Below, piece after piece: positions 38,718-52,678 of a stretch of DNA of 64,000 nucleotides. The DNA comes from Ministeria vibrans ATCC 50519. Lineage: Eukaryota; Protista; Filasterea. The stretch covers positions 69,033 through 133,032 of the forward strand of contig CALSCP010000216.1 of the NCBI GenBank assembly GCA_943704425.1, in the 5' to 3' direction. The position numbers and the translations under genes were made by a program. How positions within the stretch are numbered: position 1 is the first letter of the stretch; each line of letters begins with the position of its first letter. Under the pieces are notes generated by a model. The model searched no databases. It was not told the origin of the DNA and worked only from the letters and a program-made list of their open reading frames with translations.

Positions 38718-39950
38718 ATGCCAAGAAAACGAAAGCCGAAACAGTACCTGCCACGACGAGGGCCACCTACTGGCGATGGGTTGTCTGCAGATGCAGTGTC
38801 TCTCACGGCTGGTCCTCTCGGGGATCTTCCGGGATTCTATTTCGATTCGCTTCGTCAAAAGTACTTCAAAGGCACTGCTCCACCAAGCGCATCTCCAACA
38901 TGCTCGACGACACCCCGGCTGCCCTCGTCGCACACCACTCACTGTTCGCTCTACGGTGCGCTCTATGGACGCGAACTGGCGCGTGCGACGCACCAGTCGC
39001 TCCAGCGCGCAACCCTGCGGCGTTCGCTGCACGCCACCGCGCCAGTGCGGCAGCTGGACTCGCTGTCCGTCATTGTCGATGCTGACCGGTCGAGGCACGG
39101 CAACCCCGCCGTGTTTGTCGCCAACCGCTACGGCCAAGTGTTCGAGCTCACCTCCGAGAAGGAGCGTGCGATTGCTTTGCCGCCAACCACGTCCCTTCTG
39201 AAAGCATTGCGTTGCGACGCGAAAGGCCACACCCTCGCCGTCGCATTCTCAGACCATGTCACTGTGACTGACGTGTCCTGCGAGCCTGCCACGTTGCTGT
39301 GTAGAATGACCTTTAGTGTGGGTGAGCTCGATGCGGTGGCTGTGCAGTCAACGCTTGGAATGCCTCGTCACTTCGCCGTCGCCAAGCGTGATCAACTCGT
39401 CCTTTTTGACTATGCCCGCGGCCAAACTTTGAATGTACCCGCCGCCAAGTTGACAACGGCCGTAGAGTTTTTCGGTGACTCCGAAACTGTCGTGTGCGGC
39501 TCGATGCGAGGCAAAGTGGGCATGTTCGATTTGCGCGACGCGGACACCCGCCGTCGTGCGTCTGTGTCGCTAGTCGCTGCTGCTGCCTCTGTCTCTTCCC
39601 TTGTCCCGTTTGATGATACACATCGCCTTGTTGTGTCATCTGTTGACGGGCATGTGACGGTGCGTGACCTGCGCATGCCCGATGCAATCGTGACACACTG
39701 CTTAGGCGCCTCGTGTGGCGGCATGCGTGTTCGTCTGACTGCAAACGAATTGCTACTGACAATCGGTTCGCACCATGGGCGAGTGTACTCGTGGGACATT
39801 TCGCACGCTGGCGAGCGCATCATGCCCTTGCTCGACTGCCATGTAGGCGCCCCAGATGAGCCAGTCATCGCGGCTTGGCCCTCGCTTGAGCCGCGATGCC
39901 TCACTGCCACCGTCACCCAGCGACGCGCTCGCCTCCTTCGACCATTCTAA
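38718..39950 (+). CDS. WD40 protein, DCAF4/WDR21-like (putative CRL4 substrate receptor)
   Basis: N-terminal LPGFYFDSLRQKYFK, typical of the DCAF4 family, plus WDxR-like motifs (MFDLR, VRDLR). Intronless. Confidence 0.7.
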   Translation: MPRKRKPKQYLPRRGPPTGDGLSADAVSLTAGPLGDLPGFYFDSLRQKYFKGTAPPSASPTCSTTPRLPSSHTTHCSLYGALYGRELARATHQSLQRATLRRSLHATAPVRQLDSLSVIVDADRSRHGNPAVFVANRYGQVFELTSEKERAIALPPTTSLLKALRCDAKGHTLAVAFSDHVTVTDVSCEPATLLCRMTFSVGELDAVAVQSTLGMPRHFAVAKRDQLVLFDYARGQTLNVPAAKLTTAVEFFGDSETVVCGSMRGKVGMFDLRDADTRRRASVSLVAAAASVSSLVPFDDTHRLVVSSVDGHVTVRDLRMPDAIVTHCLGASCGGMRVRLTANELLLTIGSHHGRVYSWDISHAGERIMPLLDCHVGAPDEPVIAAWPSLEPRCLTATVTQRRARLLRPF

Positions 39951-40265
39951 CACTTTCTCCCTCCACCAAATGTTTAATAATTTTGTATTACAATAAATTA
40001 TGTGAATTATGTGTAAGATGTAGTAAATATTTTTATTTTTATTAAAATAATAATTATAATTAAATTATCATCATCATAATAATAATTTATTATTATTATT
40101 TTTATATAATAATAATAATTTATTATTATTTTATATAATAATAATAATTATTATTATTATTATTAGTCTTGTTGTAGCATTGAGTACAGCTCTAGATTCT
40201 CTATTAATTTGAAAATTTCATTCAAAAATAATTAATAATAAATATTTATTTTGTTGCATGGCTAC

Positions 40266-43200
40266 TTAGACACTAAAAAGTAGCAACCCCGCCTGCTCTT
40301 GCTCCTTTCGTGCACCATCCAACGTCGCCTGACGCTCGGCTGGAGAGGCAAACTCGCGCGCAACAACACGCGGGAGATGCATGTGAGGGGCGGGAGAGGG
40401 ACGCAGGGCAAGGTACTCGGCACGACTCAGGACGACATGTGACGCCGGCCAGGCATACATCGTGTTGTTCAGCGGCACTGACTGCCCACACAGAGACGAC
40501 ACCGTCGCGTCACTGCTACTAGATGCCGCCGGACTTGACCCCCCGGCCGTCGGGCCAGACGGCAAGCCCACAAGCGCGCGCTGCGTGCGTAACATTTCAA
40601 AGTGCTGCTCGGGCGACACGCCCGCCTTCTTCTTAGCCGCCTTCTCTTCTGACGCCCGCTTTCCCACGCGATCTCTTAAAGCCTTAAAATCTTCCGTGTG
40701 TTTAAACGCTAGCTGGCGCAACAGCACGTCAACCTTGCAAAAAAAAATCAGAAGAAGAAAAAAAATAGAATAAAATGATTCACCTGCTCCAGTGTGACAG
40801 AATTGATAAGAGCGCCGCGTCGCTTGGGCGAGACCATGTCCCAGCCGGAAGAGAGACGCTTGGAGATGCACACTAGCTGCACAGCCATGGCCACGAGCAG
40901 CGATCGCTTGACACACTCGGGTGGCAAGCCCGTCTGCGCGTCCGCGCCGTACCACTGGTTGCAAAACGCCCCCAAACGTACCAACCCTTCTTCCATCAGA
41001 CGACGCTTCGACCACACACCCGTCCACTTGACCTCCGTCAACATTCCACTGGTACTACTGCTGGCACTCGCTGTCAGACTGTCTTCGGTGGGCGCAGGGG
41101 ACGCGGAATTCGTCTCATCGGCGACAGGGGTGGTGGTGCGCGTGACGTTTGTGCTACTGGCTGTCGACTCTACCAAGGGCTCGTCGGCCCTGGACGGGCC
41201 CAAGTCCTTGCCGTCGGCTTCCGCACCAGCACTCGCAGAGGTGCTACCGCCACTGCTACCATCGCCAGCAATACTCGTGCCGGCCACAATGCCCGTGGTG
41301 ACACGATAACTTGACTGTTCGTCGAGCAAGTCGGAGACGATTGCGAGTGCAAGGGCAGATCCGACGCGCTTCTGCTCGGCATCCGTCGGCTGGTTCGGCA
41401 GCACCTTGGCAAAAATATGAAGTTTTTTTGCAAACGACACTGTCTTGAGCAAGTGAAAGAGGTTGGAGAGACCCAGGATGAAGGCGGGCGAGTGCACAAC
41501 GGCCTCTGGTACCTCGTGCACAACCACCGAGGGATGATCGTGGTCGAGAGACCGTCGCACCTCGATAGTGCCCAGGTCCCAGTCGCTGCGCATGATGCCG
41601 CCCACCTTGGACGGGTGGAAGTGGTACACAATGACAACGCGCAGAGCGGGAAAGTGCTGCTCATAATGCTCCGCGATTTGACGCGCATACCGCACGAGAT
41701 CCTCTTCCTTGGGCTTGCCAAAGAACATATAAGCCTCACGCACGCGAATCTCGTCAATCACTTCACCACAGACCGGATCGCTCGTTTGACGATGCGCAGA
41801 AGGAGTCGCGCTGCCGTCGCCCACACTGCGCAACACTTCCACCGAGGGCCGTACGACGACCGACGAAGAGCCCTTTCGAGCAGCCGAGACCGTCTCTGTG
41901 GCGGCGACAGGAGCAGCCTTGAGCCACTGACCAGTGTTGCGAGGCATGTCACCCGAGACAACACCGCCACGCTCGCGAGAAGACGCAACGGGACCCGCTG
42001 CTCCACGCTCAAGCATGGTCGTCGACCCCATACCACGATCGCCGTGAACCGAAAACGACCGGGAGTCATCGCCCACGGCATCGTCAATCATGTCCTCGAT
42101 ACGTTGCGGTGCAGCCGCTCGCTCTCCAATCAGCTGAAGTGTTTCGACCCAAAGGGCGAGCGACGCCGGCGAGAGCGCTTCAAATGTACATAGCATGTCG
42201 GGAGTGCGCACCAGAAACGATAGCGTCTCGGCCTCGGTCGGCGTCGAGCCGGCGGCAGCGGTCACTTCGGAGACACGATCCACGGCAAAATGTGTCAGTG
42301 GAATGATGCGTTTAGCGGTGGCGTCCTCCTTGGCATTTGCAAACACAGTCAGGGAAGTGGGCTTCAGGACACACCATCGCCGTCGACTACGACGCAACAG
42401 AGTGTCGCGCGACACAAGCCACCCGCGCAATTCGTCGCCGACCGCAACGGTCTCGTCGACTGCATCGTGGGCCGACGATGGGCTCTCATGTCCTGCCATA
42501 CCCTCCACTGATGATTCTCCGGGCACCGCAACGTTTCTTTTTCTGTCGTCTTTGCGGTTGCCGTCTTCGTTGTTGTTGTCGTCGTCGTCGTCGTCGTCGT
42601 CGTCGTGCTGCAGCGCGCACAATTCTTGCATCCACTCGTCGGCGCTGTGTGCAATGGTTGCTGTTGAGTCAGCGGACGATTGTGTGCTCAAGTCGGCGTT
42701 GGCCTTGACACAAGCATCGCTCATCCAAAAGGTGTAAGAACGCTCTGCCGAACTAGCTGGTACAAAGTGAAACTTTGCAAGGTCCAAGTCACCAGGCTTC
42801 TCGCCACGCCCCACATGGAATTTCCCACCTGCCAACCAGATCATTCCTTGGGGTGCACTATCCTTGGCCGTCTTGTACCAACAGAGTGTTGCGGTATCGG
42901 GACGCAGCGCCCAAAAGCGCAGACGATACGACGTGTTGAAATGCCCGCGCTTCTCGAGCCAGCCTTTGACCAGGGCCGGTTCGCTCGCAGCCATGGCAAC
43001 GGGCCCTTTGAGGGCGGCAGCCGCCACCTCCGATGCGGTCGACGATGCAGAGCGGTGACGTGAAAAGGACCGATGCCACGTCGTCGGCGACAACAAGCTG
43101 CGAGAAGAGCCAGCGCCCACAGAGGATGATGCTGAGGACGTGCCAGTCTCATGAGGACGATAAAGTGGTTGTGAGTGTTGTTGTGATTGTTGCCCCGTTT

Positions 43201-45865
43201 GTTGTTGTGGTTGATGTTGTTTTTCGGCGGCAAGTGCGGCGACGGCCACGTCTGCCATCGACTTGGCCTGTTCACCCAGCACCGAGGCGGAATGGTCGAT
43301 GTTTTTGAGGAAAGACTTGACAGAGTCGTGAACCAGAGGATCACTAGTGCGAGAATGGGGAATGGCGTCCGCACGCAGACCCTCGTCGGAGCCATCGCCC
43401 GGCAAAATAGCGGAGGTGTCGCCAGGCATGAGTAGACGCGCCATGTCGACACTCTGCAAGGAGCCAAGAATGTAAAAGTGAATGCCAAAGTCACGCACAC
43501 CAGCAAGCATGTCGCCCACGTCCACGTCGTCCATAGCCACCCTGGCCAAGCGCTCATTGTGCAAACGGCGAGTGTTGAGAATGACAATGGTTCGTCCAGC
43601 AAAGTCATCAAGCAGCTGTTCCGCGCGCAACGGTAGTCCACCGTACATGTCCACGTTCCACACGCGCGCCACCGTGCCAAGAAGGGCCGCCAGGTGACGC
43701 CAAGCACGCACCTCGGCGCCACACGTTCGGTTGTTGACGCACAAGAGGAACTCGGCCGTGCCGCCGCGGCGACTGCTGCTGCCTGTGTACGCGTCGGAAA
43801 GGAGAAAATCAAAGGGGCGCTCTTGGATCGTCTTGACAGGAGCTGTGTGTGGCGTGGGCAGAGTCGCGGACCAGGGCGCACCAATGTCGACGGCTAATCT
43901 CAAGTGAGCGCGTGACCAAGGCAATGCCTCAGGGCCAAAAGCGACGGTGGCGCTCACAGCGTGTGAGTCACCTGGTGCGAGCTGAGGAATTTCAAAGCTG
44001 AGACAATGTGAGTGGGCCAAGTTGCCTTTAGCGTCGCGAAACTGTACATCGGCTGTGGTCAACTCGGCTGGACTGACGCGTATCGCGTCGTCGTAGGGAG
44101 TAGTGTCCTTGAGGTCGTCGTCGTCGTCGTCGTCGTCGTCGTTGTCATTGTTGTCATTGTCGTCGTCGTCGTCATCATCGTCGCCAGTCACCGATGTTGT
44201 TTTGCCTACATCCTTATCGGTGAGAGGAATGCTCGCGTCGCTTGTCGGTGATTGAAGGGTAGAGTGAGCATGGACGGGTGAACGACGGAAGCCGTGGAGG
44301 TAGAGGCGCAGAACAAGGCGACGGCGCGACGACGAGTGGACACCCAACGGCTGAGAGCCAATGTTGCGCACGGAAAAGCAAAGGGGCGCTTCCTGTCCGG
44401 CCTCGGATGCACACGATGGGCCCACGACAATGGACGCCTGTACGGGAAATTGCACGATAAAGGGCGTCTGCTGTGCCGCCACACGGTCAAATTGGTGGTT
44501 GACTCGCGCGACAATGGCGCGGTGCTCGAGAACACCCGCCGCCATGAGCGCATTGCCAAAGGTGGGACGCAAAATGTCCTTGACGGTCCACACGAGAGGT
44601 GCAGGAAGCGGGGAGTGCTCGCCAACAGAGAGAAAGCCCGGCAAAAAGACACGATCGGCAACCCAGTCGAAATGGGCCCAACGATTGGAGGCGAGTGCGC
44701 AATAAATAGTGCCCGTGTCGCGACGCACCGGCGTGGGCATAGCACCGGTGTTAACCAGGTCGTACGTGAGCGCCATTTTTGAGCCGGGCTCGATGACACC
44801 AAAGTCAAATTGAGGTGTGAGCACGACCGAGTCTGCGTTGATGGCGAGGTCGTAGCGCTGGGGGTAGTCTTGGATTCCGTCGGCGTGAGCCACGCGTAGA
44901 ATGTAAGCGCCCGGTGGACCAGGTGGACCAAGTACGCCGGCACTGGCACTACGGCCTGGCGGGCCATCGGGGCCGCGCGAGCCACCAGGCTGGAGTGTTT
45001 CGCGGTTGAATCGATTCCCCGACGAGTCCAGAAGACGCTCTGTGAACTGCATGGGTGCACCACCTGCGCCACCAAAACCGCCACGGCCAGGTGTACCAGC
45101 ACCACCAGGACGCCCTCCGGTACCACCGTCGACGTGAGGCTTGGCTGTGGACAGCAGCATGAGCAGGTCCATGTCGGCTTCGTCGACTCGCACCACGACG
45201 GCGCCCCCTCGACCGCCCGCACCTCCATTTCCGCCCGCGCCAGCCGCTCCGCCAGCACCGCCGGGCGTACCGTTGCGCCCGGGCGTTAATTTCGTGGCGT
45301 TTGTTCCAGGGCAGCCATCACTGCCATCGCCGCCTTTTCCGCCATGTCTAGAGGGAAGAAATTAAGAGTGAGAGAGAGAGAGAGAGTGAATAAACGAAAA
45401 ACACATGTTGTTGTTGTAAGGGAATGTACCCGGCATCGCCGCCACGCCCGCCGGCGGACGCTAGGCTGATTGACGCGTAAGGATCGTCGAGTTTGAAGTC
45501 ATGGTGGACGGGGGCGCGCGGACGGCCGCTGTTGCGCGCGGGCTCGAGGACGCCGCCGACGACCACCTTGTCGCCGTCGACAGCCAGCGTCAGCAGGATG
45601 TCGCCGCCGTCAGCACCCCGGGCGCCATCAGTGCCGGCCTCGGCATTGCCGCCGTGGCCGCTCGGGTACGTACCGCGAGCTCCATTGACACCCTGTGTGG
45701 AGAAGGGCCGTGAGTTGCAACGAGCAGCGCAGACGACACGCTCGACCATACCATTCGCCCATTGGCTCCGTTGGCACCAGAGTTCTCCAGATGAAGGGCC
45801 GAGCCCGCAGCAAACACGGTCGCGGCAGTGTTGAGACTGGCGGGTGGCGGTGCTGGAGCTGCCAT
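40266..45865 (-). CDS. Large uncharacterised protein: Gly-rich N-terminus, beta-rich middle region, two PH domains
   Basis: Four exons joined by GT-AG introns, with the 1482-aa ORF as the core. G-x-x-G repeats at the N-terminus. PH1 is KGWLEKRGHFNTSYRLRFWAL..LCWYK..PQGMI..ADEWMQEL. PH2 is RGWL..SRRRWCVLKPTSLTVF..LALWVETL. Confidence 0.8.
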
Positions 45866-46136
45866 TTCAGCCGAGAAAAACCAAAAAAGTGAAAGTAGAG
45901 TAAATAACTTACAAGAAAGGTAATAGTTATTATTATTATTATCAGTATTATTTTATTTATTCTATGAAGTTTGAATCGTTAGAAATTATTTACGAAGAAT
46001 TCAAAGATAATGAAGAAAAAGATCACGAACCTGCGGTTATATAAACTTATATTCAACTACACATATGATATCGTCGAGATGCGTTTATAGAACTTGATCT
46101 CACTCAAGAAGGAAGGAAGGAAAAAATCTCAGGCAG

Positions 46137-48843
46137 TCAGGTGGATTGTTCCTCCTTTGCCTTCAGGCTATGTTCAAACCAGAGGACAGTATTGATCCAG
46201 CTGTCCGCCTCGGCTTTGACGCCGCTTATAGGATGCGCTTCGTCTTTGTACCAGAGCACATGTGTTGGAACTCGAAAGTGCTGAAATGCTCGCTAAGTAG
46301 AGACAGACAAACGCAATGATGATCAGTTGGACATTGAAGAAGGACTGTGCGCAATACGTAAAGTTCAAGCCCCTGAGTCGGAGGCACACGCAAGTCAACG
46401 CCGCCAAGCTTAAACAGCGTGGGTGTGCGTACATGAGGCCCCACATGCGAGACGGGCGACATGCCTATAGAAGCGAGTCAAAAAAAAAAAAAAAAAAACA
46501 TTAATGCTTATACATGGACACGGCTGTGATTACGTACGGAAGAGGCGCGAGTGTTGTTCTTCGGTGAAAAGGCCACGATAAGCACAGGTCGGGTCGATTC
46601 CACTCACAGAGCAAACCCAGTCGCCTAAACAACGAGAAAAGGAAAAAAAAGCAAGACAAATGATAAAAAGAAGCAGTGTGCAGCAACATGGCAGGTACCA
46701 ATGTCGGAGGTAACAAGATCACTAACAAGGTTAGTGACGGGATTGTGGAGAACGGCAGCTGAGAAGCGAGTGGGGTGCTGAACGACCATGTGAGCACACA
46801 CCCAGCCGCCATGACTGCCGCCCCACAGGAAGAGCCGCGCCGGGTCCACCGCCCGCGACTCTTCCATCGCACACACGTGGTCCACGGCCTCCACCATATC
46901 CTCCACCTCCATTGTTCCCACATGTCCCGACAGCGATTCCAAAAACTCCAGACCGCGTCCCGTCGACCCGCGATAGTTGACCTGAGAGGCATCGACACAC
47001 GTCGGGTGGGTCAAGGCAGATTGAGAATCTCTTACAATGTACCTGCAAGGTGGCGTAGCCGAGAGCGTGCAGAAAGTTGAGAGTGGGCGAATAAGTGTTG
47101 ATGTAGGCGCCGTGTGGACCGCCATGGGGGATGACGACAAGGGGAGGCGGATCAGAGTGGGAGACGGTGGGACGAGCAAGGACACAAAAGACATTGGGAA
47201 GAGCAAACGTACACACGTCAATAGTGGGGTCCTCAAGGGGTTGAGATGGGATGGGGAGGGAAAGTGGAGGGGTGGAAGAGGACGATGCTGTGTCAAAGAC
47301 CATTGCATGAGGACGCTGGCTGTGACTGGATTGCAACAGGAGCACCAGAGAACCAAACACATCGAGGACACTTGCGGAGGCATCCGCCTTGTCCGTGCAC
47401 GTGTGAGGCGCAAGAGTGCCTGTCGCCGCATCCACAGCAATGACTCGCTCTAGCGGGCCCCATTGCGTCGTAAGATACACTTGATTCTCACTGGTGAAGC
47501 AACGTTTCGGAAGGCTGTGCAAAAAGAGCCCGGGAAAGTCCTAAGTAAAAATGGGTTAGCGCACACGATGGCTCGAAGCAATATTCTTCTTCTCACGTTG
47601 GGCTGCGCAGGCGCAACGACAGAATCCACAAGAGTAGATAGTGTGCGGGAGGGCCAGTCGAGGCGACGCAGCAGAGAGCAGGTGTTGTGTCGATGAGTCT
47701 CGCGAATCGAGAGAAACACGACAAAGGAGCCATCAGGGGAGACGCGCGGGGATCTACACAAGCAAGCAAGTACACATTCGCATATTATAATATATATAAC
47801 AAATATTTAGACAACATTTAAAATGTTGTGAAAAGGACAACATAAAATATGCCAAGCGAACCTCACTGCAAAATCGTCGTCAGAGGAGGTGATTTGTTCG
47901 AGTTTAGGAGTCTCGCTGGTAGCGCCAGAGGTGTAAAGCGCGGGTGAGGCAAAGAACAGCGAAGAGGCGTGGTTGAGGCAGTAGATGATGCCAAAACGAT
48001 GGGACGGAACACGCCAACCGCAGAGGAGAAGACCGTCGCCAACGAACTGAGGCTGTCCAACGCAAAGGTCGTCGTCAATGCCCGAGACAGGGTAGACTCG
48101 CGGACGGGCGGTTCGCTCGACGACAAACACCCTTGAGCGATCAACACCAAGATACTGCTCTCCCCACGTCTCGAGCAGGTCGGCTTCAGCACCGACGAGC
48201 GACGGCGAATCGGTTTCCTTCTTCTTGTCAGGCTCGGTTGCCTGGTCGCCTGGGCATTTGCGCTCCTTTGAATCACGATGAAAGAAGCTCTTTGCGTCGC
48301 GCTCCAACGGCTGCGCAACATACGCAACGCGTTGTTCGTCCTTTGCGCAATAACAATGACAAGGGATAGGGTTAGGGTTAGAAAATTGTGAAATGTCAAG
48401 GGACGAATCGTCTGCGTTTGTTTTACCTTTGACCAGGCGACTCCCGCAAAGGTGGGGTCGGTTAGAACTGCGCCGTGTATGCCATCGGTAGAGACGCAAC
48501 CGACGAGTCGGGTTGGGGACCAGAACTCCAGGCGAAAGTGGTCCTTCACCTTGACGATGCGAAGGGCATGGGAGGCGGACGGAGACCAGGAGGTGAGGAC
48601 AAGGGACTCCTGGATGGGCACCGACGGCGCGCACTGGCAGAAGGCACGGCCGTCCGGCGCCCGACGATACTCAGCAGCGGACTTGCGCGGAGCACCGGCG
48701 CCGTCCACATCGCGCTGGGAAAGCGTCAGGCTGACCGTGTCGTCGTCGACGAGGCGGCCGCCAGCAATGGCCACACTCTCGAGACACGTCTTCACATACA
48801 CTTCAGTGAGTTCTTTGCGGCGTCCTTCGTCACTTCGGAACAT
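46137..48843 (-). CDS. APEH: Acylamino-acid-releasing enzyme (peptidase S9C)
   Basis: ETWGEQY, IIYCLN, IPHGGPH, VNYRGSTG, nucleophile GGSHGG, DLRVPPTQG (Asp) and EAHPI (His). Multi-exon. Confidence 0.9.
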
Positions 48844-49038
48844 GAGAATAACAGTAAAGAATAAAGAGTACAGACGATTTTGAATAGATGCAGAACAGAA
48901 GTGAAAAGATACAATCATTGACACATCACACAACAGAAATGGAAACGCACATCAAAAGTATCAGAAGGCAGCTTGACACACTGAGAGAGTCTGAGGCTGA
49001 GCGCGAGCTCAATTTGTTTACAGATACAGCCATTTTAG

Positions 49039-49676
49039 CTAAATGTCAATGATCACGTAGACATCGTGAACGTCGTCGGTGTCACGCACTTGCATATTGG
49101 AATAGGTGATCGCCTTCACTTCGGTACCCTGTTCGTGCTTGTCCTTGTCGAAAATTTCGCCATGGCCACGTGAGCGGATGGTAAAGGTGCTACACACACA
49201 CACAGCAGCATTTGAGTTGTGAAGCACAATACAATGGGTATTCGTACGTGCGGTCAAACTCGAGAATTTCCAATTCTCTGACAACAAAATAGTCGATGCA
49301 AAACTTCAACAGCCACTCATCCATGAAGTTGTACAAAAGCGAGTCAAGATCGTGGCCTACACAATGGATTCAGATGAAATAAAAGATCACAAATAGCGGA
49401 GAAGTTTCTTACCTGAGATCTCCACCTCGCAAGTCTGCGACTCGTCAACACTGACACCTTTCAAAGGAGTCATATAATTGAACATGGCAATAACAGCCTG
49501 TACACCCACATACACAAACGAGAGATTCGTCAAGAGCAATATAACAGAATACAATAGTATGATAGTATGACTTGGACTGGACCTCAGCATAAGCTTCTTG
49601 AATATTCGTGCCCCACGCATGGATCCTGTGCACAGTAGGACACGAGACGGTCAGAAAGTAAAGGAGACAAACGAAG

Positions 49677-49775
<99 letters not shown>

Positions 49776-50151
49776 GGAGAAAGAAACAAAGTGATAGAGA
49801 GAGAGAGAAACAAAGTGATAGAGAGAGAGAGAGAGAGGAGGGAGAAAGAAACAAAGTGATAAAGAGAGAGAGAGAGAGAGGGAGAGAGAGAGAGAGAGAG
49901 AGAGAAAGAAAAAGAGAAAAGTCAAAAGACAAAGTTGGGCAATCGTACTGGATATCTGCAGTGTGGTCGTGGTCTGCGCGTGAAGGGAAGAACAATCGGG
50001 TTAGCGAGAAGGGAACCGGTGGCAAACACACCACGTCGTACATCTGAATCCCACAGAGGCGTTACCGCCGCCTTCGTCGTCGGCGTTGTCTGCGCTGCGT
50101 GCCTATGATGAGTGACAAATGCATCAGAGAGCGAGCGCGCGTGTGAGAAAC

Positions 50152-50196
<45 letters not shown>

Positions 50197-50259
50197 GACG
50201 CAGAGTATGTAGATGGGTGGATGTAAACGTACAGTGACGGCGGGAGCAGGGTCGGCCAT
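49039..50259 (-). CDS. ZBTB8OS: Archease (tRNA ligase complex cofactor)
   Basis: DHTADIQ|IHAWG, AMFNYMT, GHDLDSLLYNFMDEWL and GTEVKAITYSNMQV..YVIIDI* spread over many small exons. Confidence 0.92.
49679..49915. repeat. Long (GA)n microsatellite plus three copies of a GAAACAAAGTGATA unit in an archease intron
   Basis: Seen directly in the sequence. Confidence 0.9.
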
Positions 50260-50394
50260 ATCGAGAGAAAGTGAAAAAATTGAGTTTTAAATCTAAATAC
50301 TATTCAAAGACGATTATAATTATTATTGTTATTATTATGAAAGAAAATTAATTGCAACAAGACGTAATAATAATTTTTACTCAACATCAAGCGA

Positions 50395-51985
50395 TTAATC
50401 GATCTTCTTTGTCTTTGATCGACGAGAAGCATTGTTGGCACTGTTAGAGGAGGAAGCGGAGGTGCGGGGTGCGGCAGCGTTGTCCACTGCTGTGGTGAGG
50501 TCGAGGGAGACCATGCTGAGCTTGAGGCAGTCGACCAGCGACGAGGAGCGGTACGGCAGGTTGTACTTGGCCAGAAGCGCCTTGACACGCTGCTGAATGA
50601 GAGGCAAATGCCCACGCGGCAGCATCGGGAAAAGATGGTGTTCAATCTGGAACGAGATATTGCCAGAGAAAAAGTCCAGAAGAGCACCACCGGCAATGTT
50701 GCGCGACGTGCGCGCCGTCTGCTCAAGGAATGACATTTCCTCGGCCGGCTTGGTCCCAAACTCGATCCCAATGCGGTCCTCGGCATAATGTGTGGAAAAG
50801 ACAATCATGGCGGTGCCGGCGCCACGCACGAGCGACGCAACGACGAGAGGCGCCCAACCGGCGTTAAGGACGACGCAAGCGAGCGAAAGGTAGTGCAGCG
50901 TGAGAAGCACAATGCCACGCATAGCGGCCGCAGGACGGCGCGCAATAAACTGAAGGCTCTCGAAGCGCCAGTACAAATCCAGCACACACAGCATGGGCAA
51001 GTAGTAGTACTTTTGCAGACGCTGGATTGGATTGCGCAGGCGACGGGCCAAATCGGGAAACTGCTGCTGGAAGTGGAAGACGGGAGACGTCTTGATGTCC
51101 GGGTCGTTGCCGACCTCGTTGGTAACAACATGATGAGTGTTGTGGCGAGCCTTCCACCAGCCCACCTCGTAGCCCTGCATGCACCCCACAACGGATGCCA
51201 CCCAATCGTTGACAACTGGCGACGCAAATACTGAGTGATGTGAGTAGTCGTGGCCCACCCAGCCGGCCTGGTGTGTGCCCAGCACAAACATCAGACAACC
51301 CAGCCACACGTACGAGGTTGCCGCCATCAGGTATGTTCCAATCAGAATGTTCAAGACGGTGTACAGAAGCTGTTAAAAAAAATACAGAGCAAACAAGACA
51401 AAAGTCATAAACACACATGAAAAACTTTGCGAGGTTGCACACACGACTGACATTCGCAAGAAAGAAGTAAAAAGAACCTCGGAGAGTGGTTGTACCTTGG
51501 GCACTTCGTGGAGTAGTCTGGGACGAAAGAGACCCTCCTTGGTCATGTCCTCCTTGAGCAGACGCAAGTCGCGCTGTTGCTCCGTCTCCACACGACTGAC
51601 TGTCTCGCCCTTCTTGATAAATCCTTGCAACAGCTTCTTGGCAGCCTCGGTGTGCATCGCGTCAAACTGCTCCGTGGCATCACGGTCCTCAAAAATGCGC
51701 AGAACCTAATGAATAAAAATGATTGATTAGCAAACTGAAGAAGAGGAAAAAAAAAAGATATAATAAAAAAGCATGGGTGGAACAGAGTGGAGGTGAAGGG
51801 AAGTCGAACGCAGTTGAATCGGAGCGGGATGCGGGAGCAGTGACGAGAAAGCGAACCTTTGAACCACCCGGATGGGTTTTCATCCAATGTGTCACGTCGA
51901 CTCGCGCGCCGTGCAACAGTACGTAGTGGCGCTTGGAGGGCGCCTCCTTGGGCATTTCAGTGTCGGGGACGGCATTCGGCGCCAT
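50395..51985 (-). CDS. Front-end fatty acid desaturase with cytochrome b5 domain (Delta8/Delta6-type)
   Basis: Cytochrome b5 HPGG motif and His boxes HDYSHH, HNTHH and QIEHH. Three exons. Confidence 0.92.
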
Positions 51986-52283
51986 GATGGGAGTCGGTCT
52001 GTGGCACAATGTGCAAGATGCAAAAATTCACTCAACATCCCAACAAAATAGTCTCTCACTGTGACGAACCACAAAGAAAATGTCGGAGACGAAACAATGG
52101 AAATAGCGGTGCTCTGTTGAGGTGGGCCACTCGTCGACAAAGACAATGGCAGAAAAGAGACGAAAAAAAAGTAATAAATGAACTGAATGATCAATGAGGT
52201 TGTGACTCACTTGTGACTTGTCCACATTTCATTAATCTGTAATCATTTCTTTTTCTGATTACGACCCATCTACTTCACTCAAC

Positions 52284-52645
52284 ATGCTCTCTCGCATTTC
52301 CGCTGTTCGATCGGTCATCCCTCGTAAGGGTTCAATCACTTATATATATATATTTATATACAAAAACGGCCCTTCTCTTTGTCTGCCTCCACCGGCACTC
52401 CAAATGGACACGCTGTACACGTTGAGAGTTGACTAAACGCCGCTGCCGCGCGGCCTGTGCTGTGCGTTGCCTTGCAGATGTGGGCCGCCAGATGAGCAGT
52501 GCTGCTGAAAACCTTGCGTCGACGCGCTCCGCCTTACTAATCAACTCCGAGACCAAGGTCATCTGCCAGGGCTTTACCGGACGCCAGGTATGTCTTGCAA
52601 AATGTCTCACGATGGCGACCAAAAGAGCGAGAGAGAAAGGAGAAG

Positions 52646-52678
<33 letters not shown>

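Noticed and set aside
49445-50047. SL- and ER-repeat ORFs
   Set aside because: Translations of the intronic (GA)n microsatellite in archease.
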